Origin: Candidatus Dormiibacterota bacterium
GTDB taxonomy: Bacteria; Chloroflexota; Dormibacteria; Aeolococcales; Aeolococcaceae
NCBI GenBank assembly: GCA_035552595.1
Contig: DASZKZ010000021.1
Location: forward strand, 17,729-81,728
Direction: 5' to 3'
Length of the DNA stretch: 64,000 nt
Made by a program: the position numbers and the translations under genes. Positions 12,286-20,087 of the stretch are shown here, in pieces (the first letter of the stretch is position 1; each line of letters opens with the position of its first letter). The notes beneath the pieces were generated by a model. It did no database searches. It was not told where the DNA came from and was given only the letters and a program-made list of their open reading frames with translations.

Positions 12286-14097
12286 CTACCGACCCACCTG
12301 CGCCGTGATGCCCTCGACCACCGTGGCCGCGCTCAGGGGAAATCCACCGTACGACAGAACCGAGCGCAAATTGTCCTTGGCGGCTCCGGTCTCGAGCGTC
12401 AGCAGAGAACGCAGCTGGGCGTCGCGGTTCTGCTCGACCACGAAGATCAGGTCGTGCTCCGCCAGGAATGCGCCGACCGCCTCGACGAAGGGAAACCCCC
12501 GGATGCGCATGAGGTCAGCAGCTGTGCCTCGCTCGTCCAGCGTCTCCAGTGCCTCGCGCACAGCGAGGTCGCAGCTCCCCACGGTGACCACTCCGATTCG
12601 CGCGCCAGGGCGTCGTTCCACCAGAGGTTCGGGTACGTACGTCGCCGCCGCGCCGTGCTTGCGCGCCAATCGATCGAGCACCTCCTGGTACTCATCGGGC
12701 GTCTCCGTGTACCTGCCCAGGCGGTTGTGGCCCGAGCCGCGCGTGGTGAACGCCCCCGCGGCGCTGACGCCGGGGAGGGTTCGGGCAGAGACGAAGTCCG
12801 CGTCCTCATCCGAGTAGCGAGCGAAACGACCGATGCCCTCGAGCTGCTCGGCGGTGAGCACCCGGCCGCGATCGGGCACGTAGTTGTCGTCCCAGCCCAG
12901 CCGCGGGACCACCCAGTCGTTCATCCCGATGTCGAGATCGCTGAGCATGATCACCGGGGCCTGGAAGCGCTCCGCCAGGTCAAAGCACCGGACCGCGAAA
13001 TCGAAGCACTCGGCAGGGTTGGCGGGAAACAGCAGGATGTGCTTGGTGTCCCCGTGCGAGGCATAGGCGCAGCTGAGGATGTCCGACTGCTGGGTGCGCG
13101 TGGGCATGCCTGTCGACGGGCCCACGCGCTGCACATCGATCACCACCGCGGGAATCTCCGCGTAGTACGCCAGGCCAAGCAGCTCGCTCATCAGCGAGAT
13201 CCCCGGACCTGACGTCGAGGTGAACGCGCGAGCCCCGGCCCACGAGGCCCCCAGCACCATGCCGATCGCCGCCAGCTCGTCCTCCGCCTGGAGGATCAGA
13301 AAGTTGTTCACACCGGTCGCCGGGTCGTGCCGGTACCTCTTGCAGAATCCCGTGAACGCGTCCATGACACCGGTCGAGGGCGTGATCGGATACCAGGCGG
13401 CCACCGTGGCTCCCGCGTACAGGCAGCCCAAGGCGGTGGCCGTGTTGCCGTCGACGAGGATCTTGTCAGCGGTCCCGTCCATGGTCTCGACCCCGAACGG
13501 CAACGGCGCAAAGCTGGCCAGCGAATAGTCGTACCCGAGCCGGAGCGCCAGCTGATTGGACTGACGCAGCCTGTCCTTGCCCGCGAATCTCTCGGCGAGG
13601 AGCTGAGAGACGACCTCGACGTCGATTCCGAGGAGGGCGACGAGCGCTCCGGCAATGGCGACGTTCTTCATCAGGATGCGTTCACGGGGCTGACGAAAGC
13701 TCTCGTTGCACATCTGGGCCAGCGGGACGCCGAGGAAGGTGACGTCGTCGCGCAGCAGGCCCGGGTCGAGCGGCCACGAGGAGTCGAAGAGGACGTATCC
13801 GCCGGAGCGCACCTCCCTGATATCGCCGTCGTAGGTGGCGTGGTTCATGGCCACCGTGAGGTCGTAATCGAGGGCGCGTGATGTGTACCCGGTCTTGTTG
13901 ACACGGATCTCGTACCAGGTGGGCAGGCCCTGGATGTTCGAAGGGAAGAGATTCTTGCCGGACACAGGAATCCCCATCCGGAACATCGCCTGGGTGAGCA
14001 GCCCGTTCACGCTCGAAGAACCGGTCCCGTTGACGGAGGCCAGCTTGAGCGCGAAATCGTTGACCCGGGCTGTGGCTGGCGCGGTCACGGCACTCAC
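12286..14097 (-). CDS. korA: 2-oxoglutarate/2-oxoacid:ferredoxin oxidoreductase alpha subunit (gamma-alpha fused type)
   Basis: N-terminal gamma-like domain (GKNLFPSNIQGLPTWYEIRV) and alpha domain (AWYPITPST, TSTSGPGISLM). The GTG start overlaps the upstream stop by 4 nt. Confidence 0.9.
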   Translation of the reverse strand: MSAVTAPATARVNDFALKLASVNGTGSSSVNGLLTQAMFRMGIPVSGKNLFPSNIQGLPTWYEIRVNKTGYTSRALDYDLTVAMNHATYDGDIREVRSGGYVLFDSSWPLDPGLLRDDVTFLGVPLAQMCNESFRQPRERILMKNVAIAGALVALLGIDVEVVSQLLAERFAGKDRLRQSNQLALRLGYDYSLASFAPLPFGVETMDGTADKILVDGNTATALGCLYAGATVAAWYPITPSTGVMDAFTGFCKRYRHDPATGVNNFLILQAEDELAAIGMVLGASWAGARAFTSTSGPGISLMSELLGLAYYAEIPAVVIDVQRVGPSTGMPTRTQQSDILSCAYASHGDTKHILLFPANPAECFDFAVRCFDLAERFQAPVIMLSDLDIGMNDWVVPRLGWDDNYVPDRGRVLTAEQLEGIGRFARYSDEDADFVSARTLPGVSAAGAFTTRGSGHNRLGRYTETPDEYQEVLDRLARKHGAAATYVPEPLVERRPGARIGVVTVGSCDLAVREALETLDERGTAADLMRIRGFPFVEAVGAFLAEHDLIFVVEQNRDAQLRSLLTLETGAAKDNLRSVLSYGGFPLSAATVVEGITAQVGR

Positions 14098-15884
14098 ACC
14101 GTCGCTCCAACCTGGAGCAGCGGAATCGGGGTGATCGCATAGGGGATGACGATCTCCGACTTCTGCATGTCCCAGGCCGCGGTGGGACAGCGCTCTGCGC
14201 AGAGGCCGCAGTGAACGCAGACGTCCTCGTCCTTGAGCATCAGCCGGCCGGTCTGGGGAAGCGGATCCGAGACGAACAGGGCCTGGGTCGGGTTGATGGC
14301 GGGGGCGGAGAGCCGTGAGCGCAGCTCCTCCTCGTCACCGTCGGGTGCGATCGTCAGACACTGCACGGGACACACGTCGATGCAGGCATCACACTCGATG
14401 CAGAGCGGCGCGTCGAAGGCGGTCTGGACATCGCAGTTCAGGCAGCGCTGAACCTCGCGCGCGGTCTGCTCCGCCGTGAAACCCAGCTCCACCTCGATGT
14501 CGAGCTTCTCGAACCGCCTGGTCAGCTCGATGTGGGTCATCTTCTGCCGAGAGGCGGGGTTGTAGTCGTTGTGGTAGCTCCATTCCGCCATCCCCATCTT
14601 CTGACTGACCAGGTTGAGGCCCATCGGGAGCCGCTCGGTGACAGCCAGGCCGCGGCAGTGGTTGTGGATCGAGATGGCGGCCTCGTGGGCGTGGGCGACC
14701 GCCCAGATGATGTTCTTCGGCCCCCAGGCGGCATCCCCGCCGAAGAAGAGACCGCTCAGCGTCGACTGCATGGTGATCCCGTCCACCGCCGGCATCTCCC
14801 ATTCGTCGAACTCCACGCCCAGGTCGCGCTCGATCCAGGGGAAGGCATTCTCCTGGCCGATGGCCAGGATGACGTCGTCCGCCGGGAGCACCACCGTGTC
14901 GATGACGGTGGATCGGCGCGCCTCGACGTCCCACGACAGACGCTCGAACTCCATCCCGGTGAGGCGACCGTTCTCGATCACGAAACGCTTGGGGGCGTGG
15001 TTCACCAGGATGTCGATCCTCTCCTCCTCGGCATCGTCCAGCTCCCAGGGGGACGCCTTGAAGAAGCCGCGTGGCCGCCGGGCCACCACCTTGATGTCCC
15101 TGCCTCCAAGGCGGCGCGAGGAACGGCAGCAGTCCATGGCCGTGTTGCCGACGCCGATGATCAGCACCCGCTCGCCGATGGAGTCGACGTGGCCGAAGGC
15201 GATCGATTCCAGCCAGTCGATGCCGATGTGGATGCGCTCGGTGTCGTGACGCCCGGGAATGTCGAGGTCCTTGCCGCGGGGAGCGCCACTGCCGACGAAC
15301 ACGGCGTCGAAGCCGTCCGCGAGCAGTGCGCGCAGGGATGCGACGGGTGCCTGGTAGCGGATGTCGACGCCCATGTCGAGGATCGCCGAGACCTCCTCGT
15401 CCAGCACCGGCGCGGGCAGGCGGAACGCCGGGATGTTGGTGCGCATCAGCCCGCCGGGCTCCGCGTGCTGCTCGAAGATGACCACCTCGTAGCCCAGCGG
15501 GAGGAGATCGTTGGCCACCGTCAGCGAGGCCGGTCCGGCACCCACACAGGCGATCCGCTTGCCATTCTTCTCTGCCGGGATGATGGGCATGCGCTCGCTG
15601 ATGTCGCCGCGGTGGTCCGCGGCAACCCGCTTGAGGCGGCAGATGGCGACCGGCGTCCCGTCCACGCGCTCGCGCCGGCAGGCCGGCTCGCAGGGCCGGT
15701 CGCAGGTGCGCCCCAGGATGGCCGGGAACACGTTGGACTCCCGGTTGACCATGTAGGCATCGGTGAACCGGCCCTGGGCGATCAGGCGAATGTACTCGGG
15801 GACGTTGGTATGGGCCGGGCACGCCCACTGACAGTCGACGACCTTGTGGTAGTAGGCGGGGTCGCGCACATCGGTGGGCTTCAC
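14094..15884 (-). CDS. GltD-like FAD/NAD(P)-binding iron-sulfur flavoprotein with C-terminal 2x[4Fe-4S] ferredoxin domain
   Basis: N-terminal Cys clusters (CQWACPAHTN, GRTCDRPCEPAC). Two dinucleotide folds (ACVGAGPASL, VLIIGVGNTAMD). C-terminal CLNC...CIECDACIDVCP and CVHCGLCAERCP. Confidence 0.85.
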   Translation of the reverse strand: MKPTDVRDPAYYHKVVDCQWACPAHTNVPEYIRLIAQGRFTDAYMVNRESNVFPAILGRTCDRPCEPACRRERVDGTPVAICRLKRVAADHRGDISERMPIIPAEKNGKRIACVGAGPASLTVANDLLPLGYEVVIFEQHAEPGGLMRTNIPAFRLPAPVLDEEVSAILDMGVDIRYQAPVASLRALLADGFDAVFVGSGAPRGKDLDIPGRHDTERIHIGIDWLESIAFGHVDSIGERVLIIGVGNTAMDCCRSSRRLGGRDIKVVARRPRGFFKASPWELDDAEEERIDILVNHAPKRFVIENGRLTGMEFERLSWDVEARRSTVIDTVVLPADDVILAIGQENAFPWIERDLGVEFDEWEMPAVDGITMQSTLSGLFFGGDAAWGPKNIIWAVAHAHEAAISIHNHCRGLAVTERLPMGLNLVSQKMGMAEWSYHNDYNPASRQKMTHIELTRRFEKLDIEVELGFTAEQTAREVQRCLNCDVQTAFDAPLCIECDACIDVCPVQCLTIAPDGDEEELRSRLSAPAINPTQALFVSDPLPQTGRLMLKDEDVCVHCGLCAERCPTAAWDMQKSEIVIPYAITPIPLLQVGATV

Positions 15885-15954
15885 TGCAGCTGACCAGTAT
15901 GAGTAGGCAGCGGTTGTGGGCGCCCCGCGGACGGTGTCCCCGGGGTCATCGCCA

Positions 15955-17367
15955 TCAGCCCGACACCAGCGTCCTCACCGCCGCCACGATCTCGCTGAGG
16001 CCTTGCTTGGCGTCGGCGAAGAACATGCTCGTCTTGGGGTCGGTGTACAGCTCGTTGTCGATGCCGGCGTAGCCGTGACCCATGGACCGCTTGATGACGA
16101 TGATGTTCCTGGCCCGGTCCACGTCGAGGATGGGCATGCCCGACAGGGGGGTGTTGGGGCGGCGGGCCGCAGGGTTGGTCACGTCGTTGGCCCCGACCAC
16201 GAGCACCACGTCGGTGGTGGGGAACTGCGGGTTGACCTCGTCCATCTCCTTCAGCGAGGTGTAGGGCACGTTGGCCTCGGCCAGGAGCACGTTCATGTGG
16301 CCCGGCATCCGGCCGGCCACGGGATGGATGGCGAATGAGACGCTGGCCCCGCGGGATTCGAGCAGGTCGGCCAGCTGGCGGACCTCGTGCTGGGCCTGCG
16401 CGGCGGCAAGGCCGTAGCCGGGGACGATGATCACCTTGTTGGCGTAGGCGAGCTGGATGGCGGCGTCCGCGGCGGAGAGCCGGCGGATGTCGCCGCCGCT
16501 CCCCACGCCCGCGGTGAGCGTGGTGTCGCCGGTCCCGAAGCCGCCCACCACGATGCTGAGGATGGAGCGGTTCATGGCGTCGGCCATGAGCTTGGTCAGG
16601 ATGCCGCCGGACGCGCCCACCAGGGCTCCGGCGATGATCAGGGCGGAGCTGTCGATCACGAAGCCGGCCATGGCCACGGCGATTCCCGTGAAGGCGTTGA
16701 GGAGGGAGATCACCACGGGCATGTCCGCCCCGCCGATGGGCATGACCATGGTGACGCCGAAGCCCAGCGCGGCAGCCACGACGAGGCTGAGCACGGCGAT
16801 GCTGTCGGCACCGGTGAGCAGATAGGCGCTGCCGCCCACCGCCACGGCCGCCAGCACGCCGGTGAGGACGCGCGCGCCGGGGAAGATCACCGGCTCTCCA
16901 CTGACCCAGCCCTGGAGCTTGCCCGCGGCCACCAGCGACCCGGAGAAGGTCACGGCCCCGATGATCACGTCGAGGGCTGTCGCCACGGTGCTGCGCGTGG
17001 ACCCCGCGGAGGCGGCGAGGCGGACGAAGTCGGCGAGGGCGATCAGCGCCGCGGCGCCGCCGCCCACAGCGTTGAACAGGCTCACCAGCTGGGGGATCGC
17101 GGTCATCCTGACCCGGCGCGCCGTGGGCAGGCCCGCGGCCGCGCCGATGGCCGCGCCGGCGCCCAGGACGGCCCAGCCGGTGGCGGTGATGCTGCCGTCG
17201 TTGACCACCTTGGCGAGGGTGGCGGCGACGGCGAGGATCATGCCCGCCGACGACAGCCGGTTGCCGTTCCTGCCGGTGGCGGGGGAGTTCATGAGATGCA
17301 GCCCGACCACGAAGGCGACGGCGGCCAGCAGGTAGGCCAGCGCCACCACCGTGTTGACGGTGCTCAC
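15955..17367 (-). CDS. pntB: NAD(P) transhydrogenase subunit beta
   Basis: Distal part of track ORF 15955..17733(-). GTG start (VSTVNTVVALAYLL) lies 5 nt after the pntAB stop, preceded by GGAAAGGAG. Multi-TM N-terminal half and C-terminal dIII domain (PGYGLAAAQAQH, GANDVTNP). Confidence 0.9.
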   Translation of the reverse strand: MSTVNTVVALAYLLAAVAFVVGLHLMNSPATGRNGNRLSSAGMILAVAATLAKVVNDGSITATGWAVLGAGAAIGAAAGLPTARRVRMTAIPQLVSLFNAVGGGAAALIALADFVRLAASAGSTRSTVATALDVIIGAVTFSGSLVAAGKLQGWVSGEPVIFPGARVLTGVLAAVAVGGSAYLLTGADSIAVLSLVVAAALGFGVTMVMPIGGADMPVVISLLNAFTGIAVAMAGFVIDSSALIIAGALVGASGGILTKLMADAMNRSILSIVVGGFGTGDTTLTAGVGSGGDIRRLSAADAAIQLAYANKVIIVPGYGLAAAQAQHEVRQLADLLESRGASVSFAIHPVAGRMPGHMNVLLAEANVPYTSLKEMDEVNPQFPTTDVVLVVGANDVTNPAARRPNTPLSGMPILDVDRARNIIVIKRSMGHGYAGIDNELYTDPKTSMFFADAKQGLSEIVAAVRTLVSG

Positions 17368-17372
17368 CGCTC

Positions 17373-17696
17373 TCAGCTCTCCTTTCCGGGGTCGTCGCCC
17401 CGGGCGGGCGGTGCCGGCCGCTTGTGGAACATCTGCAGCATCCGGTCGGTGACCACGTACCCGCCGATCACGTTCATGGCAGCGAAGCCGGCGGCGACGA
17501 ACGAGAGCACGTAGCCGGCCGCGTTGTTGGCCTGCGCGGCGGTGACCATGACGCCGACAAAGACGATCCCGTGAATCGCGTTGGACGCGGACATCAGCGG
17601 GGTGTGCAGCATGGAGGGCACCTTGCTGATGACCTCGAAACCCACCAGCAGGGCCAGCACGAAGATGCTGATCTCGGAGAGCAGGCCAGCGCTCAA
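17373..17696 (-). CDS. pntAB: NAD(P) transhydrogenase subunit alpha part 2 (membrane)
   Basis: 107 aa with three hydrophobic helices (MLHTPLMSASNAIHGIV motif). 4-nt overlap with the pntAA stop. Confidence 0.85.
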   Translation of the reverse strand: MSAGLLSEISIFVLALLVGFEVISKVPSMLHTPLMSASNAIHGIVFVGVMVTAAQANNAAGYVLSFVAAGFAAMNVIGGYVVTDRMLQMFHKRPAPPARGDDPGKES

Positions 17697-18892
17697 GGAT
17701 TGCCTCCCGGGGCTCCGGGCGAGCTGGGGGCATCGAGGAGCCTGAGGACGGCGGGGTGGATCACCTGACCTCCGTGGGTGACCACGATGCCGGCCTGGAT
17801 CTCGTCCTCGGGGTCGATGACCAGGGCGCCGTCGTGGACCAGATCCAGCAGCAGGGCTGTGATGTTGTGCGAGAAGGCCGCGGAGGCGGCGGTGGGCAGC
17901 TGCGCGGCCAGGTTGCCGGCTCCGATGATCGTCACCGCGTTGCCGGTCAGGATCGTCTGGTCGGGGACCGATCCCTCGACGTTGCCGCCGAGGGCGCTGG
18001 CACCCAGGTCGACGACGACCGAGCCGGCCCGCATCCGCGCGACCGCCTCGGCGGTGACCAGCCGGGGCGGCCGCCGCCCGGGGACCTGCGCGGTGGTGAT
18101 GACCACGTCGAAGCGGGCCAGGTGGGCGTCGAGCTCCTCCCGCTGCGCGGCCTGCTCGCTCTCGGTGAGCGCCCGGGCGTAGCCTCCCTCTCCCGGGGCG
18201 GGTCCGACCGATTGGAGCTGGAGGATCCGGGCGCCGACCGACTCGATCTCGCCTCGCGTCTGGGGTCTGACGTCGTAGCCGGTCACCACCGCGCCCAACC
18301 GGTTGGCCGTTCCCATGGCCTGAAGGCCGGCGACGCCGGCTCCGAGGACGAGGACGTCGGCGGGCTTGGCGGTACCCGCTGCGGTGATCATCAGTGGGAA
18401 GTAACGCCCGAAGGCGTCGGCGGCGACCAGGGCCGCCTTGTACCCGGCCACGTTGGCCTGCGAGGTGAGGACGTCCATGGTCTGGGCCCGGGCCACGGTG
18501 CGGGGCATGCCGTCGAGGCTGATCGCGGTCACGCCCCGCTCGGCGAGCTGCCGGGCCAGCTGGGGGGCGACCAGCGGCCTCAGCATCCCGATGACCGTCT
18601 GGCCGGGCCGCAGCCGGTCGACCTGCGCAGGCGACAGGGTGCCGACGGTCACGACCAGGTCCGCGGCCGTCACCTCGGCACCGCTGACGATGGACGCGCC
18701 GGCCTCGACATAGACGTCGTCGCTGAACCGAGCCTCCGTGCCGGCGCCCGCTTCGACGAGCACGTCAAGCCCAGCGGCCTCCAACCGGCCGACGGCATCG
18801 GGTGCCAGAGCCACCCGCCGTTCCCCGGGCGCCGTCTCCTTGATGGCCACCACCGCCAGGCGCCTGGTGGGCCCCGATGTCGCCGCTCGCAT
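17693..18892 (-). CDS. pntAA: NAD(P) transhydrogenase subunit alpha part 1 (alanine-dehydrogenase-like dI)
   Basis: Distal part of track ORF 17693..19102(-). Start set at ATG (MRAATSG...VVAIKETAPGERRVAL); a GTG at about 18853 is an alternative. VLVLGAGVAGLQA NAD fold. The longer track ORF would overlap rnpB. Confidence 0.85.
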   Translation of the reverse strand: MRAATSGPTRRLAVVAIKETAPGERRVALAPDAVGRLEAAGLDVLVEAGAGTEARFSDDVYVEAGASIVSGAEVTAADLVVTVGTLSPAQVDRLRPGQTVIGMLRPLVAPQLARQLAERGVTAISLDGMPRTVARAQTMDVLTSQANVAGYKAALVAADAFGRYFPLMITAAGTAKPADVLVLGAGVAGLQAMGTANRLGAVVTGYDVRPQTRGEIESVGARILQLQSVGPAPGEGGYARALTESEQAAQREELDAHLARFDVVITTAQVPGRRPPRLVTAEAVARMRAGSVVVDLGASALGGNVEGSVPDQTILTGNAVTIIGAGNLAAQLPTAASAAFSHNITALLLDLVHDGALVIDPEDEIQAGIVVTHGGQVIHPAVLRLLDAPSSPGAPGGNP

Positions 18893-18919
18893 CTGGCTCA
18901 CGAGCAAGGGACACTGCCA

Positions 18920-18948
18920 CACCTCCCATGGCTGCCGTATGGGAGGTG
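18920..18948 (-). other. 10-bp perfect hairpin between the rnpB 3' end and the pntAA start
   Basis: Minus-sense CACCTCCCAT-ACGGCAGCC-ATGGGAGGTG. No U-tract follows. The 3' arm contains GGGAGG. Confidence 0.3.
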
Positions 18949-18959
18949 CGGGTGGGGAG

Positions 18960-19365
18960 CGTGCAAGCCGGCCTGTAAGCCGGGTTCTGTCCCCGCCGCT
19001 CCGTTCACGGCCCCGAGGGGCCGCCGCTCCCCGGCGGCGGGGGACGGCCATCCATCTGCGACGCCGGTTGCCCGGCGTCTCTAGCGGCCCGACCCGGGAC
19101 ACGGGGCGAGCAGCCCCTGAACGGCGAACCGTCCGTCCCTGTTCGGCCTTGCTCCGGGCGGGGTTTACCTGGCCGGCCGGTCACCCGGCCGCCGGTGGGC
19201 TCTTACCCCACCATTTCACCGTTGCCGCGGCACCGCCGCGGCTGTGTCATTTCTGTGGCACTCTCCTTCGGGTCGCCCCGACTGGGCGTTACCCAGCGCC
19301 CTGCTCTGTGGAGCCCGGACTTTCCTCGGACGACGAGCGTCCGCGGCCGTCCGGCCGGCTTGCTC
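18960..19365 (-). ncRNA. rnpB: RNase P RNA, bacterial type A (ends approximate, +/-10 nt)
   Basis: The minus strand contains the universal P4 strands GAGGAAAGTCCGGGCUCCACAGAGCAGGG and GGGACAGAACCCGGCUUACAGGCCGGC, plus GGUAACGCC and GGUGAAAUGGUGGGGUAAGAGCCCACC. An 11-bp P1 forms between GCAAGCCGGCC and GGCCGGCUUGC. An AT-rich -10-like TAGAAT (19375..19370) lies about 5-7 nt upstream of the 5' end. Confidence 0.85.
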
Positions 19366-19477
19366 GACGATTCTACCGCCGCTCCGAGGCGGCCGCGGGG
19401 CCGAGATCTTCGCGTGCTGACGGCAGGTGCGAGAGGCGGGTGCGACGCCAAAGTGGGGAACGGCACATATGTTCGCA

Positions 19478-19506
19478 TTGACGCGTTGAGTTGGGACTGC
19501 TACCGT
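19478..19506 (+). promoter_or_regulatory. putative dcw (Pmra-like) promoter TTGACG-N17-TACCGT
   Basis: Seen directly: TTGACG at 19478-19483, a 17-nt spacer, TACCGT at 19501-19506, about 90 nt upstream of the mraZ GTG, in a locally less GC-rich stretch. Confidence 0.45.
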
Positions 19507-19518
19507 TCGGCCCAGTCG

Positions 19519-19544
19519 GTGGGGCAGAGTGGTGAAAAGTGGGG
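19519..19544 (+). promoter_or_regulatory. putative MraZ operator: three GTGG(G/T)G boxes with exact 10-bp phasing
   Basis: GTGGGGcagaGTGGTGaaaaGTGGGG with boxes starting at 19519, 19529 and 19539. Further GTGG copies at 19453, 19554 and 19565. Sits between the putative -10 and mraZ. Confidence 0.5.
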
Positions 19545-19595
19545 CAGAGACTTGTGGACTGGCGGTGGCAGCGACCCAGCAGGGCAACCTGACCT

Positions 19596-20048
19596 GTGTT
19601 CTACGGGACATTCCGCCATGCCGTCGACTCCAAGGGGAGGGTTGCCCTTCCCGCCCAGTTCCGCCGCGACCTCGGAGGGGCGGTCATCGCACCGGGTGCG
19701 GAGAACCGCCTCGTGATCAGGCCCACCTCCGAATGGGAGGCCTACGAGCAGCACTTCCGCCTCACCGCGGCGAGCTCGGCAGAGGAGCGCCTCTACATGC
19801 GTCATCTCTACGCAGGCGCCCGTGAGGTCGAGGTCGACGGCCAGGGCAGGCTCCTGCTCACTCCCGAGCATCGTGGGTTTGCTCGAATCGAGGATCGGGC
19901 GGTCTTCATCGGCGTCTCCAACGTCGTCGAGGTGGTCGGCGAGCGGGTGTGGGACGCGGAGAGCCACGGGCTCGACCCCGACACCTTCACCCAGCTCGGC
20001 GATCGTGTCGGCCGCTCCGGCTCTCCCGGCGCGGGCGAGCGGGCGTGA
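19596..20048 (+). CDS. mraZ: transcriptional regulator MraZ
   Basis: GTG start. FYGTFRHAVDSKGRVALPAQFRR and second repeat DGQGRLLLTPEHR (duplicated SpoVT/AbrB-like fold). Confidence 0.9.
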   Translation: MFYGTFRHAVDSKGRVALPAQFRRDLGGAVIAPGAENRLVIRPTSEWEAYEQHFRLTAASSAEERLYMRHLYAGAREVEVDGQGRLLLTPEHRGFARIEDRAVFIGVSNVVEVVGERVWDAESHGLDPDTFTQLGDRVGRSGSPGAGERA

Positions 20049-20087
20049 CCGCACCGGCTTCCCCAAGAGCACATCAAAAGGGCTTCC

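Noticed and set aside
18893-19102. 5' extension of pntAA to 469 aa
   Set aside because: It runs through the RNase P RNA. Homology to PntAA begins at VVAIKETAPGERRVAL, downstream of ATG 18892.
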